Source: Eutreptiella sp. 'Long Island Sound 2002'
Taxonomy: Eukaryota; Protista; Euglenida
Length of the DNA: 64,000 nt
Assembly (NCBI GenBank): GCA_964036045.1
Contig: OZ038379.1
Span: forward strand, 24,242,001-24,306,000
Direction of reading: 5' to 3'
Part shown: piece by piece, positions 1 to 14,300 of the stretch
Numbering within the stretch: position 1 is the stretch's first letter
Layout of the letters: each line of letters begins with the position of its first letter
Notes under the pieces: generated by a model
What the model saw: only the letters and a program-made list of their open reading frames with translations
Databases searched by the model: none
Told to the model about the DNA's origin: nothing
Position numbers and translations under genes: made by a program

Positions 1-2339
1 CGGCAGCTGCTGGTTGGCTGACGGTAGTTGATGGTCAACCGATTGGGCAGTCACTGGTAGACCCGCGCTTGGGGTCCATGCGTAAAGCAGTAGTTCCAGT
101 CGCTGTTTTGGTGGCATCAAAGAGAGCCTGGCTCACAGCGGGTGATGGTCATTGAGTGACTATGGTGGCCGCGTGCACAAGAGCGCTCAGCACACATCAA
201 TCTCTGAACCCGTTTGCATTGGGCTTGAGCTCTCCTGAGTGGACTGCACTTTGTGTCGGGGTCACTGGACACCACAGAAGTTGCCTTTTTGTTTACCAAA
301 CAGACGGGCCTTGGGCCGTAGCAAACAGAGCGCTTCGTGCACCAGCGTTGCGACTTCACTTTGGATGCACATCGCTGCGAGCGTACGGTCGTGTTTGGGT
401 CTTGATACCGCAGTTTGGGCTCTACAAAGAGCAACGTGGGGCACACAAGTGCTCGGGGTGTTATGCGATGATTTATGTATTCTGCATGTTGCCACGCCCT
501 GCAGTCCAGTAGATTCAGTGCATTGCTTCATGGTCCAAGGTAAGGGATGCCCGCTACGATTGCAGCACAGACCAAGTCAACAGGGAGCATTGTAATTCAT
601 TTCATAGCATTTGGGATGCTTGTTGGCAATAACTCTGGCCCTCTAGGACAGCCAATCCATTGGGCAAATGTCTGAAAACCGCTTTTTTGGTGTCTCCATG
701 GTAGCTCACACGCATTTCGATGATTCATTTTCATCGATTGGCTGTTACATCGGATGATGGACCGGGGCTGCTTCCCACAATGAAACTTTTCCTGGGCCGT
801 CACATGTTGCCTCTTAGGGCGGCTGCAGCAGAAACACCCGCGGTCGATTCAGACGGTCTTTGTAGCCCAAGTGTTGAGCACAATTCCAATGGTAATCATG
901 TCCACACGTGTAGGCACCGCCCCTTCCTCTTGAAATGACGCTGTGTTTGACAGGTGATGACTTGAAAGAGGGCAGCACACTGCACGCACTGTGCGTATCC
1001 CTTTTTTGTTGTAGTCCACACTTGTGGCTGCCGAAAATTTCCACTTCACATCCCGTTTGGAGTTGAAAGAAATTGCCCTGCATTTTTGAGCCGCACCGAA
1101 TGCCTTTACAATGGGTCAAAATGGGGACACCCAGAACCTTTTTATCAAACCCCTGCGAAGAGTGCGAAAGCTGGTGCCGAAACTTTCACTTGGCACCTCG
1201 TTTCAGTGTTTCAGGGTTATGCTTCCATTCCAAGATGCACTTTGTGGCCCAGCCGCAGCCCTTCAGGTATTGTGCACCTCAATATGCCGGTGCCATGCCT
1301 CCTTTTTCGGTGCAAATCACCACAACCTTTCAGTGGTGTGAAACGCAGGGGCACGTGTCTGGACTGGGGGACCGGGGGAATTGGATAGTTTGTCAGGTTT
1401 GCGTCTTGCACGATCCCCTCCACTGCCCCACAATCCCCCCTCATTCCCTGACATTTCCGCCTGGTTGCCCCACTCCGTTTCCCAACCATTTTCCAACTGA
1501 AAATGCCACCACAATTGCGTGAGCACCACTGAGCCCTGCGGAGGGGCACTGCGCAGAAGGGAAGTCGTTGCATGTGGGCACACCGTCTCCGAAGCCTGTT
1601 CGGCCGAATAGGGTGGCAATACCAAGCAAATTTGCATGTTTGACTACAGGCAAATGCAGGGCTCGTTTTTCAGGATATGGTTTCTTTTCGTGTTGATTTG
1701 TTTTGTAAAAGGCTGCCCTTAAAGCCCGTGCCCTGTTGTCCGTCCAAGCAGAGCCCAGAAGGTGAGGGAATGGTCCAGGCGGCAGGCCCAGCACGCAAAT
1801 GCAGAGGTGCCGTGGCATGGGGGCACCCCCCAGCTTGCTCAATGCCTCCTTCTCCAAGCATGGGCTGACTGAAGGTGGAACTGGGACACTCCTTGCAGGC
1901 TGCAGGGGTTGACCATGGCTTCTGGAGGGCCAAAACATCGGGCAACATGAAGCAGTACTCTCTGCGGGTGGGTACACAGCTGGTATGTCTCAGTGAGGAA
2001 CGATGAAGGGTGGGGTCTGTTGTGGGGGAAGGGCCGTTCTTGCTTGACCCAGCTCCAACCTGCAGCGCCATAACCCTTCCCCTCCTTGTCCGCGAAGGGG
2101 CCTGTTGGGGCGCGGGGGGCCCCTTTAAAAAAGAGTTGTTGCACCGTGTGCACACAGCGTCCACACAGTAGCAACTATTGGTCGTCAAACACCGGTGATC
2201 CCAAGATGTACCCACCCAAACAGCCCATAGAACCCTAGAAAACCTTACTTGCAAGCACACCACCTGTCTTTTTGGGTTTTTTTGGGGTTGCCCGTAACAC
2301 TTGGAGGCTTTGGGGTGCTTTTTGTTCTTTTGGAAAGCA

Positions 2340-2480
2340 TGTTGATGGTTGTAGTTAGTACCAAGTCGCTAATGGATGATTGCTGTTATCTCCTGGTGCC
2401 TTCTGCATGGTTGCTGGTACTTCTTGGTGCCTTCTGGATGGTTGCTGTTATTTCCTGGTGGTGCACCAGGAATTTTTCTT
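2340..2480 (-). repeat. Degenerate AGCA(A/T)CCAGAAG-type repeat block, inverted relative of 11820-12110
   Basis: GGATGATTGCTGTTATCTCCT (2374) is close to the reverse complement of AAGAAATAGCAGCAATCATC (~12085); both blocks consist of degenerate units of the same kind. Confidence 0.5.
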
Positions 2481-3542
2481 TTTCGTCTCATGTTTGCCAT
2501 CCTTTGCAGTGTCCCAATTTCAGCCCCTGTTGGCCCCTGCTGGCGCACTAGGAATTTTGTTTTTTAGTCTAATGCTCCAACTGTTGAAGCGTTGCGCAAT
2601 CATGCGTGACTGTCCTCCTTTTCACCTCGTACTAGATGGTCAAGAAATCACCATCCGGCTTGGAGGGGCCCAAAACAACAGCAGGAACTCTCTCCGATGT
2701 GCTGGAACAAGTGTGGATGACGTTGGTGCTAGGGACAATCCAAGACAAAGACATGTTGTTTCATAGCTGTGAGACAAGAAGACTTCAGTACCTACGCCAC
2801 CTCATGTTTGCATGGCATACCTGCACGGCATGGGCACAGCAACAACGTGGTTAACGCCTCCCTAGCGGGTGCTATACGGCCCTGTGGGTCCCAGATATAC
2901 CCAAAGTTTGCAACGCGCACGCATTGTGGCAACACCGCTCATTTGGACTCCGCTGTGTCGGCTTTGGTGGTGCACGCGGATGTGCACAAACCGGCCGGGA
3001 TTTCCTTGGTGCTCTCTGATTGCTGAGCTGATGATTGACGCACTCTGCCGTTGGGATATGGAAACAGTCATGCGCTTGCATGCATGCAGCGCATGGGAAT
3101 GGCCTTGCCCAAGCACAGGACCCCGTCGGACCGCACTTTGGGATCCAGCACCTTCCCCAGACAAGTTATGTTCTGCAGCATGGTATGCCCTCCAATGCTG
3201 GGGCACTGAGGGGTGCTTAGCGCTGGAGGCACCCCAGTTGGTCGCCCAACTGGGTGCTGCCTGCTGCTGATGCTTGCTGCTGCTGTTGCTGCTGGCTTGG
3301 GAGGCCCAATCCAAATATGTAACCCCCCCCCCCAGCCCCTCAACCCCCTCCCCCCTCCCCTTGGCAGGTGGGTCGCGGACCACATCTGGTGCTGCCCTCG
3401 CCCCCCCAAGTGAAATGAGCCGCTCGTGCAAGCAGCAGATGGCCCGCAGACGTTTGGATGGTGTGAGTGTTCCCGTCTGTTGGGTTCGTTTCTTGTTTGT
3501 CCAGGCCCCTGGTCCCATGGGGCGCTGAGGCAGTCATCTGCA

Positions 3543-5199
3543 ATGGACGCGGACCGTCGCCACATTGCAGTTGCTGTCCTGTTTGCGCTGTTTCTCGTCG
3601 GGCTGGCCGGGGGGACCCCTGCAGCCGTGCACCGCAGCCTTTGCAACTTCCTACTTTCCACCTCCCTGGCCCCGCCCCCGCTCTCCACCGCGGCCACTGC
3701 CTCCAAGGGCCCGTCTTTGAGAAGTCTGCCGCTCGGGGACAGCGCACAGCGCGGCACTCGGCGCATAGACCGTGTGCTGACTGACACAGCTGGACGGAGA
3801 AGGTGCCCGTGCTGTGGACGCAAGGGAGGGGTGAGCACAGGGGCGTCTGGCCTGTGGGTGGCCCCCGCAAGAGACATGGCTGCAGATGATCAGCGGGACC
3901 TGGGCCGTTTTGAAGCGGATGTGCTGACGTCCGAACCCCCCACGCGCACGCGCAGGATCTGGCAGTGGAGTGGACACAAGGGGCGCCTGGGGACAAACAA
4001 TAGACAATTCCCCCCCTAAAACCCGAACAAGGGCACACACCCGGAAGTACCAACCGGCACACTCGTTTGGCCTTTATGGCAACCTCCCCACCACGTTGCC
4101 TCCCCACACCACCCCTCAAACCTCCAGTTCCGCAAGATACTTCCATTAGGGGTTGGGTGTCGACTGGGTCTGGCCACGCCCCCCCCCCCCCCCGCCCTTG
4201 CCTGGACCTCCAGCGAGGCAGATCACTGGATGTCAGTCAGGACGCACAGAGCCTTATAAGCACTACCGCCTCACCACCGTGTGCAGCCGAGGGGGGAAGG
4301 GATTCACATGCTGTCTCACTTTTCTGCATTTCTTTCTGCAAGACGGGTTCACTCGTGGGGCTTTGGTAAACAAAGGCGTGGTCATCCAGTCCTCCAGGGC
4401 CTCCACCCTGGCCGGCCCTACATTGTGCATGAGCTTTCTGGCCCGGGGGGGGGGGGGGGCATCAGTAGTTTGGGTTGAGAGAGCGGTATGACAACGTGAG
4501 GCATAGTTCGTTCGCAGTAAACTACGGTGAGCGGGGTGTTTCTTGGGGGGAGTATCAGCGCGCCAGGCACGCGTCGGGCATCTTTTTTTGACGATTTCCC
4601 AACTGTGCCTGTTTTTGCCCCCCCTCACCACACAATCTGCAGTACCTTCTTGCAGTGTCTAAGCATCTGGCCCATCCTTTGCACCCAGTCCATGATGATG
4701 GCAAGGGTGGTGGTTGGGAGTGGTGGGTGTGATATTTTTTGTGTTGTTGAATTCTCATATTTCGGCTTATGCAACGTGCTTGGCACGGAAGGTTTGCGGT
4801 CTAATGCAGTCTACTTGGGGGATTTCCCTTGGTGGGGATAAACTTGGGGCTAGAGATAGGATACTTAATACAAAGGTAGCGTGCTGCGCATGCGCCGGGC
4901 GCGCCCCGGGCAAACATTCCCCCTTGGTTCTCTTGAATCTGATGCCGCTGTGCAACAATGTTGGTAAGTAGTAGCACAGCCTGTTTGGCGCACCATTGTG
5001 TCCTGTGTAACGTGCGACCCCTTCGGTGCGTGAGTCCACTTTTGGCGGACAGTGATAGATATTACGGTGAGATCAACCAAACAGCCAATATGATTGCAAC
5101 TGAAAAAACCGCAAAAGTATCAACAATGCAGCACACAGAAGTTCAGCAAGTCTCAGGCCAATTTTACGAAGACAGGCGAAGGTTGCAGTGCGAGGACAT
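3543..5199 (+). CDS. Probable N-terminal exons 1-3 of the HAD gene (3543-3830, 4214-4278, 5053-5199); full model 388 aa
   Basis: ATG at 3543 gives MDADRRHIAVAVLFALFLVGLAGG (hydrophobic) followed by an S/T/A/P-rich stretch. Donors GTGAG 3831, GTGTG 4279 and GTGAG 5200; phases 0, 2, 2 join in frame to exon 4 (GAC AT|C ACT ATG). Total spliced length is 1167 nt = 389 codons. An alternative donor at 3803 joining directly to 5053 is also in frame. Confidence 0.55.
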
Positions 5200-5318
5200 G
5201 TGAGCCTCGCGTTGTGAATACTTATCATGCATGAAGCACGCAAGACTGGGTATCTACTCATAAGTTCTGGTTGTAAACTGTGCCCCAACGCCCTCTCCTG
5301 CTTCTGCCATGTGCACAG

Positions 5319-8300
5319 CACTATGTCCAAATTTGACCCTTCCAACTGGTTCCATGAGCTAAAGTGGAATGGAGGCAACCTGCTGCTTTGGGGATCCGTC
5401 GGGTTTGGGCTCACGGTGGGCGCCCTCGCCATCTGCTATTGGAAGCTCCGCCCGGCCAAGCGAGTGCCCGCTGTCATATTTGACTTCGACCAGTGTCTGA
5501 TGAAGGTGTGCCGCGCTGTCCATCATGAGTGTTGTTGTTGATTCCATGTCCTTTCGTTTCCTTTCTCGCAGATTGTATCCTGATGTTTTTCAACTCTACT
5601 TCCCCAACACCACACGCAAGAGTGGCTGCAAGTGTTAAAAACGAGACAATGGTTGCCTATCTTAAATCCTACAACCAAAACATGGCAGAAATCAGTGTTT
5701 GATAGCAGATGCGTAGCCGCAAGGCATACCCTGATGGTTGTTTATACCTCTACTGGGAATTCGAGGACTGTTTTGTCAAAGACCTCGAACAGTCCAGCAT
5801 GTCAAACCATTAGGGACCGTGGCATAGCCATGATTCCACTCCCCAAAAGGGGCCATGTTCAGGACTGGCGCAAATCCCCACACCTGTGTCAAATCCCAGG
5901 GGATGAGGGTGGGGGTTGGCATACGGGAGCCGGGCTCGGCGCCGCATGACTCCCTGCTCCCTGTGTACAAGAGGCAGTCAGGTCCCAAATGCATGCAGTC
6001 CATACACCCCCCACATAGTATTGCAGACACAGCATGTCCTGCGCCTGGCGGATCCAGAATGAAGCATATTTGAAAGGAAGTGTGGCAAGTTTGCACAGTG
6101 GGCACACAGAGGGGGCGAATTGGCGCAGTGCGCACGTTCTGCGGAAAAATTAGGATTATCCCGGACAATCTCGGGTTTCGGTGAATTCTTGTCCCACCAT
6201 GCAATACTGTGGCCCCCAAAATGGTAGGAACCCGCCATTTTACCAACACCCCTTGCCCTGCCCCTAGACCTCTCTGCAGTATACACAATGTTGAAGGCAG
6301 ATGGACTCTTTTGGCTGTGTGACTACCAGTGTACATGAATGTTCAGCAGATAGACGAGGGATAGAGAGGCATGCAAGCCGAAGCATCCGCCTCCACCGAA
6401 GGGAGGATGGTATGAGGTCCAACTAATCTAGTTTTGGTGGTAGGATTTAAGGTATTTTTGGTTCCTCCGGTGGTGATTTTTTGGTGCCAAAGGCGCCAGA
6501 AAATTTCTTTGCCTCTGGAAGGAAGGTGCTCAAAACCCTTGCTTGCCCCCTTCTGTATACTCAAAACGCTTGGGGTTTACTGAAGAATTGAACCATGCAT
6601 GAAGCACATGAACAGCAAAGGATTGGATGTTGGGACCACTCACAACTGCACAGCTGACATAGAAGGTGGGGAATTGGTATGAAGCTCTTTGATTGCCCCA
6701 TTTGTGTGTGCTCGAAGTGCTTGGAATGTGATGGAGAATTCAAGTATGCATCAAAGGCGTAAGAAAACATTTCGCCCACCACTGCGCGCTCATGGGCAAG
6801 ACCCCACAGACTAGACTTGACGCTAGACTCCGGCAAGGATTGTGTCTGCATCCGGCAGCCTCCAGCAGGTTCTGCCATGGTGATGCGTGGAGCTGGGCTG
6901 CCTTTTTTGCATGCCTGGGAGAGCGGCGGTGAACCAATGCACATCCTCAAACTCTACAACAGCCGCATCCGCCTCCGGCAGAGGGAGGGATCGCATCTGG
7001 CGCAGAGTTGCTCTCGCATCAGGCGGCCATCGGATTGCCGGAGTCTAGTGTCAACTCTGCCACAAACCCCTGCCCCCTCTCTCACCCCCCCTCCTGCCCT
7101 CCTCTAAGAAAATTGCGCAGGTGTGGGAAGGGTTGGCCCAACGGATGTTCCGGCGCCTTCTGTGCAGGGGTTACTATGGTAAGGCGACCAAATGCCAAGC
7201 TGGGGGACGCCCCAACAGCAACAAAACCCTGAGGTACCTGCACGGGTCTGGCATCCATGTCCCCGTCTGCATACCCCTCCGCCAGATTCACATGTGGGCA
7301 ACATTCCGAAACACGTCGTTGAAGCAGATCCAGTTCCCGGAGGAGTATTTTGGGGATCCTGAGTTCCTCCGGTGGCTGATCCCTGCACTCCATGACAAAG
7401 GTGCGCTTGGCGTCCCCTTTTCTGCCAGGGCCCCGATGTGCAGCTTGAGCATCCAAACGGTAGCCCGGCTGAAAACGAACCCTAGCTCCCCAGCCCTGTC
7501 CAACGTTCTGGTTGAACTTGACTGGTCCAGTGAGTTGTTCATGGCCTTCCACCCGCCACTTCCCCCGGCCCATCTGTTGAACACCCCCTAAGCACACACT
7601 TCCTGAGCCTTCATGGCAACGTCCCCAAACAAGAAACATTGTTGCATAGGCACGCCAGGATGCGCGTGTGTGGGGCGCTTTTGTGACCCGCCTGCACCAC
7701 CACCACCACCACCACCACCACCACCATCCATCCATCCATCCACTGCCCCCCCCGATTACGTGGAACAGGGACGTGGGCTGTCGTGTATGGACCAGGAGCC
7801 GAGTCGAGTCACGGTATCCAAAGCCTGGAAGATGATCAGGTTGATTGGGGCCGGGAAAGGCACCGGAGAAGGGGCCCAATGAGTGCTCATGCGTCAGTCG
7901 GTTGTATGTGGCAAATTGTTTTGCCGCCACAACGGCCACTCAGGTCCGGCCACACCAACTTGAGCAGGACACAGCGGTGCTGTTGTGCAAAGGCAATCAG
8001 GACTCGATCGGGACGGGGTCCTGCAGACCGAGAGCCCTTGTGCTGTGCCGTTCGCGCTGAAATTGTTATGTGCGACACCGCAGTCAATCCCCTCGAGCCC
8101 AATCACAGTCCACAGCCATTTGCAGTGCACAAGCTCCGAGGCCAGGCCCCCCGCCCCCCCCAGAGTTTCGCGTTCGTCTCAATCTTCGCCTGCATGGGCT
8201 GCAGTGTCTTCACCACAGGGCCACGGGGGCAGGGCTGCTGCCGCGCGCGTGCAGGTGTGAAGGTGGCGGTGGCCACTTTCGGCCGCCAAGAAGTTGTGCT

Positions 8301-11300
8301 GGAGGCTATGCGGACCCTGTTCGGCCAAGACCAGACGTTCTTCGGGACTCATAATGTCAGCACGCCCAAAGATTTTGGAGTTCCAGAGGGGTATGGGGCA
8401 GTTGGGTGTCAGAGCAACGGGACCTGTGACGGTGAGGGCTGTGGTGTAAGCACGGGAAGGGTCGGTTTCCTAAGACATTGTGCGTGGGAATTTGATGCAT
8501 CCATCCTGCTTCATCAGCCCCTGCGGTCAGGGACTTGCATAAGGCTTCCCCCCTCCAGACCCTCCCCCCATTCCCCATTCACCCGACGTCGGGGGTGTTT
8601 GGACATTTCTCACACATACACGCCGAGGAGGGGGTGCTTTGCAATAAACATCTGCCATTTCTGTTCCAGCAACCGTTGGTTTCACATTTAAGCTCCCCAG
8701 TTGGGCTGCTCAAAGGTGAAGAGTCCTAACAAAAGCACCTTCAACACCATTTTTGAGTGTACCCATGGCCACCCCACATAGGTTTTGAGAAGGAGCACCA
8801 AGCATGGCACCACCAGGCCACGAGGTGCGCTGCTTGGTGCATGAATTTGCGCTGTAGTGCATTTGTGTAGTGTATTTGCCCTGACCATTTGCGTTATGCG
8901 TGATGTTTTGTCTTCCACAGCATCAATGCGCTGTCCTGCACTGGAGGCACGACCAAGAAGGCCAAACATGTTCCAACAACACCAGTGTCCGCCCCAAAAC
9001 ACCAGAATTCCATGTGCTGATTGAATCACTGTCCAATATTTCTGCTCTTTCCGCCGCGTTGGGTACAAGCCTTTGGGGGGGTCCCCCAGACCCCCCCCCC
9101 AGGGACTTGCTTTAATTTTCATTCCGGCAGCCCCCCCCCCCCCGTGGACCCCCTCCCCCCCTCCCCTAGCTGGTGACCTGGCACTGGTACAAAAACCCTC
9201 AGGATGGTAGCTCGTGGGCGTGGTGGCCCACCTGCACTGCCACAGCGAGGACAGGTAACAGGCCTGGGCGTAACGTGGCTGAACGGAATGGTTGGTCCAG
9301 CAGTTGGACAACCGAAGCGCAAGCGAGAGATCGGGGGATCGATTCCCGGGGCGTACCAAACCCTGGGGGAGCAAAAACGGCATGGGCCGAGCCCATGTAC
9401 TGCCCCCAAGGGAGAGGTAGCCCTGGGGATAGAGCTTCTGTAAAGTGCGGTCGTCTGTTCAAACCCTGGCGCGGTCCTGGAGCAGGTGAGCAGCGGCAGA
9501 GCTCAGCCCAGAGTCCAGGGGCCAAGGGAGCGAGATGCGGTCGTCTGTTCAAACCTTGGCGCGCGCCTGGAGCGGGTGAGCAGTGGCAGAGCTCGGCCCA
9601 GAGTCCAGTGGCCAGTGCGTGTGACGGCGTTACGCTCCGCATTCCCATGCCTTAGGTCGGGCGTGCACAGTCAGACTGGCGCCAGAGACCACGGGCCGGG
9701 TGCTAGCCAAAACCAAAATCAAAATCAAAACCCCCTCCCTTGGACCCCCTCCCCCCCTCCCCCCCCCCCCCCCCCCCGCTCAAGTGCACCTGAAAACCTG
9801 GGTTTTGGGAACACTTTTTAGTCATGGGAAAAATTTTTCGGCGCCTTCGGCACATGCCATCCACTGTGTACATATTGCTCCATGTGTGCTCCATATACCT
9901 TGTTTTCCAGACTACCATGCCCCAACGCTCGTTGTTAGTGTATTTCAGCTCCCCGGTCCCACCGTTGCCACACGCAAAATGCGAAGACGTAATTGATGTG
10001 CTGCTCTATTTTAGGTTTAACGATAGGATCACGGGTCATAAAAGACAAAAAGCCGAGGTACCCTTTGATCCAGAGTCAATGGATGATGAAGCGCTGCCTG
10101 ATAGTTTGTCTGATGTCTCCCATTTAGGTAGTGACTCAGGTTCGTCATCATCATCAGGTTCCAGTTCTAGTTCCACTACCGATGGAGGCTCCTGTTCAGG
10201 TGATTCTAATTCTAACTGACAAGAAAGATCACTGTCATTTGGCATGAGATGGTGAATGTCCCGCTTTGTTGTAGTTGTTGTGTATTGGTGAGATGTGGGA
10301 ACCTCGAATTGATTTTCAATGATGAATTTCCTTTGTTTACGGCCGACAACATGACATTTCCATGTGCTGAGTTGTTCATTCTCCAATAATTTTTCTGTTC
10401 CCTGTGGATTGGGTATGTTCCGGCACGGGGGGGGGGGGCTCCCCCCTGGACCCCCCCCCCCCCGCTCAAGCAAGTCCCTGCCACCCCCCCTCCCCGCTCA
10501 AGCCCCTGCCCCACAAGGCTGCCGAAGGGTTGACATACGATGAAACAAAACCTGTTACATTTACCAGAATGTTGCTGGTGATGATTTGATGCGCGCATTT
10601 GCGATCATTCACGGGGCAAGACACTGCACTGCATCACTAGAGATGGAATTTGGGGGGTGGGGGGCTGTGGGGGCCTGTGATGACGAATTACGAAGTACGA
10701 AGTACGAAATGCCCACAGGAGTTTGAAACAGTGTGAGAGGCGGTGATGGCTGATAAATTCAGCTGCAAAGCGGCGGAGGGAAATTGTTTTGGAAGTCCCT
10801 CCATGATACATCCCTCTACATGATCTGTGCGTCGCGAAGTCTTTTTATGGGGGGCAGGGGGATGTTAGGGCATCAGGGACCCCCATCCCAACCCCTTTGG
10901 GGGAGGGGGGCGGGGCGTGTTTGGGTTCATGGAACTCGTCATCGAGGGAGTCCGCGGCCAACCGCCCTCTTGCGATGAATTACACCGTGTTGCACGGCAT
11001 GCTCCTCAGGGGGCACACGCATGCAAAGGGCGAGGCACAGGCTTCTCGGGCAAGCCACCACAGAAGTCACCCGAGTCTTGTATGCCAGTGCTTTTCGCAC
11101 TCATGGCAGAGTAGTGACCTCAATGCATTGGCCTCTGCCATCAAGACACCCAGGGCCCAATACCTGTGAGCTGACCTCTAATGATGTGCATTCCTTCCCT
11201 TTGGGAGGGGATGCAACCAGCACCTTCGTGGGTGGGGGGGCTTCTGCACCCGCAGCAGAGAGCATGGCAGGGGACGGAAACACAGCCCGAATGAGAGAAT

Positions 11301-14300
11301 GCAAGAACACGCACGAGACAACAGACCAAAAGGAAAACGGGTCGTTGCTCAGGTCCCGAAGTCCGTACACGAAGTCGTACGGGGCACACCTGTTCATCGT
11401 GGGCCATGACATCAGAGACTGAGTCGTACCGTGCGGCGCGCCCTGGTACAGCTGGCGTGCACGACAGCGCGTGTGGTGGTGTGTGTGACGCAGTATGGCA
11501 TGCCCAGCCCCCATTTGTGTTTTGCACACGCCTCTGCAGGTCCAGCATGGGCAGCAAAAACAACCAACTGCAGGGTATGTGCTGCCTCTCTCCTGCGCAT
11601 CCCGGCCCCTTTGAAAGGCTACCGCCCGCTGTTTCGCATGACTGCATTCCCTTACTTTTTGGTTGGCTTCGATTTGACGCATCCGCTTGTGTTTGTTTGC
11701 TTTTTTGGTTGGAAACGCTGTGAGAGAGCGGGTGCAGAGGGCGGTGCTCTGATTGACATGCGGGAGTATGCAGAGGCAGCATTCCACGGTCCGCGTACAA
11801 GGGGCGTGCAATGTGCACAGCAGCCATCCAGAAGCCAGCAGGAATGAGCATCAAGCATCTAGAAGTCTGCAAGGAAAGGCAGCATGCATCCAGAAACCTG
11901 CAAGAATTAGCCGTAATTGTCCAGACGCCTCTACGACTCCAACCAAAACAGCAATCATCAAGAAGCTTGTATGAATTAACAACAAGCATCCAGAAGCCTC
12001 CAAGAAATTAGAGCAAGCTTTCAGGAATCAACAAGAAGCATCCAAAATATTGCAAGAAACAACAGCAAGCATCCAAATCCATTCAAGAAATAGCAGCAAT
12101 CATCTGTCACTCTCAGTCCGAATAATGCTCTTGACCGAACCCGAACCCTTAAGGTAAACAATGCAAACTTGTATTTTTCACCACATGTGGGGAAAGGGGG
12201 TTTTGCACATTGAGATGTAATGAGAAGCCTCGATTTTTAAGGATTGGGGCGAATCAATGGTGGTGTATTGTGTTGAATCTTCGGGGGCGCACCGTGCGTT
12301 GTGCGCGCGCTGTGCGAAAAGTCGGCTGTTTTCCGCCACTGGTAGCCCCAGCCCCAGCCCCAGGGTCCTGAATTCTGCACCCTGCAGCCCCTGCTGGTAC
12401 ACCAGGGTTTTTTTTTCATTGATCATGCACATTTCTGGAGGTGGGTGGTTTTCAGGGGTGTTCCCGGGATAAACACTGTAATAATTGGCACTGTGCGAGC
12501 GCTGTGCGAAAACGCCCCCTTATTTTCCCCCGGACATCCCCCCCCCCCCCCCCCTGGTACAATCCCCTGGCCGGGGGGCAGGGAGTAGGCAACACAATGA
12601 TTTGCTGGCTTTGTGGGAGGGTTTGGCACCAGGGGAAGAGGTATCATGGGGTCTTGCTTGGGTCTGATGGGTGCACTGCGCATCCGTGACATATGATCCC
12701 CTAGCCTTGCGCGGCCATTGTAGTTTGCATGGTGCCGAGGCCTCTTTTCGGGGTGCGACATTTCTGCATCACCAAAGATATGTGAAGGGAATCACTAGCA
12801 TGTTCTCAAGTGTAGTTTATTGGCCGGAGGGGCCAGTGCATGCAAGGCGGAGATATTGATACTGGAGGCCCTCAGGTTATGGTGTATCGCTCAGCGAAAG
12901 CACTCACTTATACATTTGCCCCTCTGCCACTCGTTTCTGCAGCACTGTCCAAAAAATTTAGCATTCCGCTTAAGGATATTCTCTTCTTTGACGATGACAG
13001 CCACAACATCGAGGAGGTGTGTGTGCACAACCTTTAGTCTGCACTGCAATAAGAAAGAGTTTGCAGTAGAGATACTTGTAGTCTTGCCTCCACGGTGCTC
13101 GTGTGTGTCTGTCGACAAGGGGGCTGGGGGATTTTTTTTGTCAGGTGACAATGTCACAGGGAAAATTTGGCGTTCAGAAATTTTCTCCATGAAATTTGGC
13201 AGTTGTGCCCTCTAGATATACCGTGCATCAGGCTGTCAGACATACTTCCGCTTTCAGGTGGCGTTCTTGATGGGATTTTGGCAGCAGTTCTGTGACGATG
13301 TTGTGGCAATGTGCTGCAATTTTGGTGTCTCTTTCTTGTGCATGTTTTGTGTGTTTTATTGGAATCATTTGCGTATATAGCACTTTCAGCTTTGGGTACT
13401 TCAAGGGTAGCGAGATTTTTCTCAGGTGAAATCACCCCTGGCAAACGTGTCTCCAGGCAAACCCCCCGCCTTTGTATTGTCACCCATCAGACCACACCAC
13501 ACCACACCACACCACACCACATCACACCACACCACACCACACCACACCACACCACACCACACCACACCACACCACACCACACCACACCACACCACACCAC
13601 ACCACACCACACCACACCACACCACACCACACCACACCACACCACACCACACCACACCACACCACACCACACCACACCACACCACACCACACCACACCAC
13701 ACCACGCCGACCAGTAGCGACACCCCATGGCCCACTGGCGGCCATTGCCATGCCGACCCGTGCACGGCGCACATGGGGATAGTCGGGCCACATGACATGG
13801 GGACAGAGTTCATCCAGCATCCAGTAGGCACTGAACGAGTCCTTGAAGGTCTGGCTGGCCCACACTAGGGCCCACACCAGCCTCATTAAAGCCCGAGCAG
13901 GGCCCCAAGGAAAGATGGCGTGGGCCCTCCAAGAACTTCAACTGCCCAAGTAGGCAGAGCAACAGCGTGTCCCCAAGGAGACGCTGAACTGATGCAACGC
14001 CCAGCTCACGGGAGGCCTGGCATCCGCCGCAGGTGCGCAGGGCTTACCGTTAGAGTTGGGTTTCAGGGTCAAGCCCCACCTGTTTTGCATTTTCCCATGT
14101 GCAAGACATCCTGGCCTTTACCAGCTTAGTAACAGCGCCTTCAGCACACCACACCACACCACACCACACCACACCACACCTGCTTCGCACTCCACAATGC
14201 CACACTCGAGCACACAGCACCACATTTCACGGCACCATGTGCAACCGCACGCTACACCACCACACTTTACCACACCCCACAAGACTGCACCCACTGCATT

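Noticed and set aside
13311-13886. HTTP / CGVVW repeat proteins
   Set aside because: These are translations of the (ACCAC)n microsatellite inside HAD intron 8.
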